Below, in pieces: positions 63,083-64,000 of a stretch of DNA of 64,000 nt. Each line of letters begins with the position of its first letter. Positions within the stretch are counted from its first letter, which is position 1. Both the position numbers and the translations under genes were made by a program. The notes under the pieces were generated by a model. The model was not told the DNA's origin. It made no database searches and saw only the letters and a program-made list of their open reading frames with translations. The DNA is from Chiloscyllium plagiosum (taxonomy: Eukaryota), in contig NC_057750.1 of the NCBI RefSeq assembly GCF_004010195.1, positions 7,895,946 through 7,959,945 on the forward strand, read 5' to 3'.

Positions 63083-64000
63083 GAAAACTGTCACTTTTGT
63101 TCAAGTCAACAAAATCAATGAGAAAGCATCAATTGATGATGGTTATTTTATAGCATTGTGTGACCTGTCCTCTACCTAAATGTTGATAAAACTGAGTCAC
63201 TTTTCCAGCCAAAAACAGAACCACTGCATACAAGAAAAGATGGCCATGCTGATGTTGCAGAAACATATCCAGCTAAAAATATAGATTGCAACTCCAAACA
63301 GGCCTGATCAACAAGGGTAAAAATAGTTCAGGACAGCAGTCTGTTTAAATCATCCTTTTTTGCTGTGGGGCACTTAATCTTCTCATCTATCTTTCTGTAG
63401 GTCAGTCTAAGAATAGTATCTCACAGCATCAATCAAGGAGCAGCCTCAGAGACGGGTTACGTGTGTTGAATCGCTGCAGCTCCCCCTTGTCACTAAGCCT
63501 TTCAAAGGAGGCATCGAGGCTGGAGGATGATACTGTCTGCCAACCCACTTTCCCCATGATTCACGACCCAGAACTGAATCAACTGAAAGCATCACAAGAT
63601 GGCTTGTGCAACTGTGGCAGATTTTTAACCAGGAATTCTTTTTGCCCGCATCCCTATGGGGGAACCGGCCATCAATCAGTTGTCAACGTGCCGTGCTAAT
63701 GACAAACAATGGCCCCTTTAAGATGTGCCAACATGGGCAACCTTAAAGGCACCACATTCTGCAAGAAGTGGGTCTCACACAGCAAAGGAATTTAGAGGAA
63801 ATGTTATCTGCCACCCATTCCACTACTCCAGATCTGAGGGACTAGGAAAGTCAAACATTCACTTTGAGATGGCAGTTATGTCTGATTTTTGTCGTGATTG
63901 GAACAGGGTCAGCTAGGTAAACCTCCTATAATAGGAGGTCCCTGATTGGGACTGTTAACCTGGTCCAATCAGGGGGTCCTGGCTGACAGATAGAAATGGA

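Overview
Vertebrate genomic DNA, almost certainly from a shark or other elasmobranch: it carries many HE1/V-SINE-like copies with CR1/HER1-type tails. It contains one complete protein-coding gene on the minus strand, SLC1A5 (ASCT2, neutral amino-acid/glutamine exchanger). I reconstructed 8 coding exons by hand (32281 to 2050, all GT-AG introns, phases consistent, 1686 nt = 561 aa + stop), preceded by a CpG-rich promoter. The rest is introns and about 31 kb of upstream sequence filled with SINEs, CR1/L2, Tx1/L1 and RTE fragments, Penelope-like elements, solo LTRs and minisatellites. The most notable observations are: (i) at least three, probably four, families of short, often palindromic Penelope-derived insertions carry minimal hammerhead-ribozyme motifs, two with intact cores in the sense strand of the SLC1A5 pre-mRNA; (ii) a tight E-box + C/EBP-ATF (ATF4) composite site in intron 1; (iii) an elongated, doubly glycosylatable exon-3 loop, the region that determines retroviral receptor use in mammals; (iv) repeated local templated duplications, including an apparently perfect 264-bp inverted copy; (v) candidate developmental enhancers near the right end. 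Repeat boundaries are approximate and family names come from recognition, not database searches.
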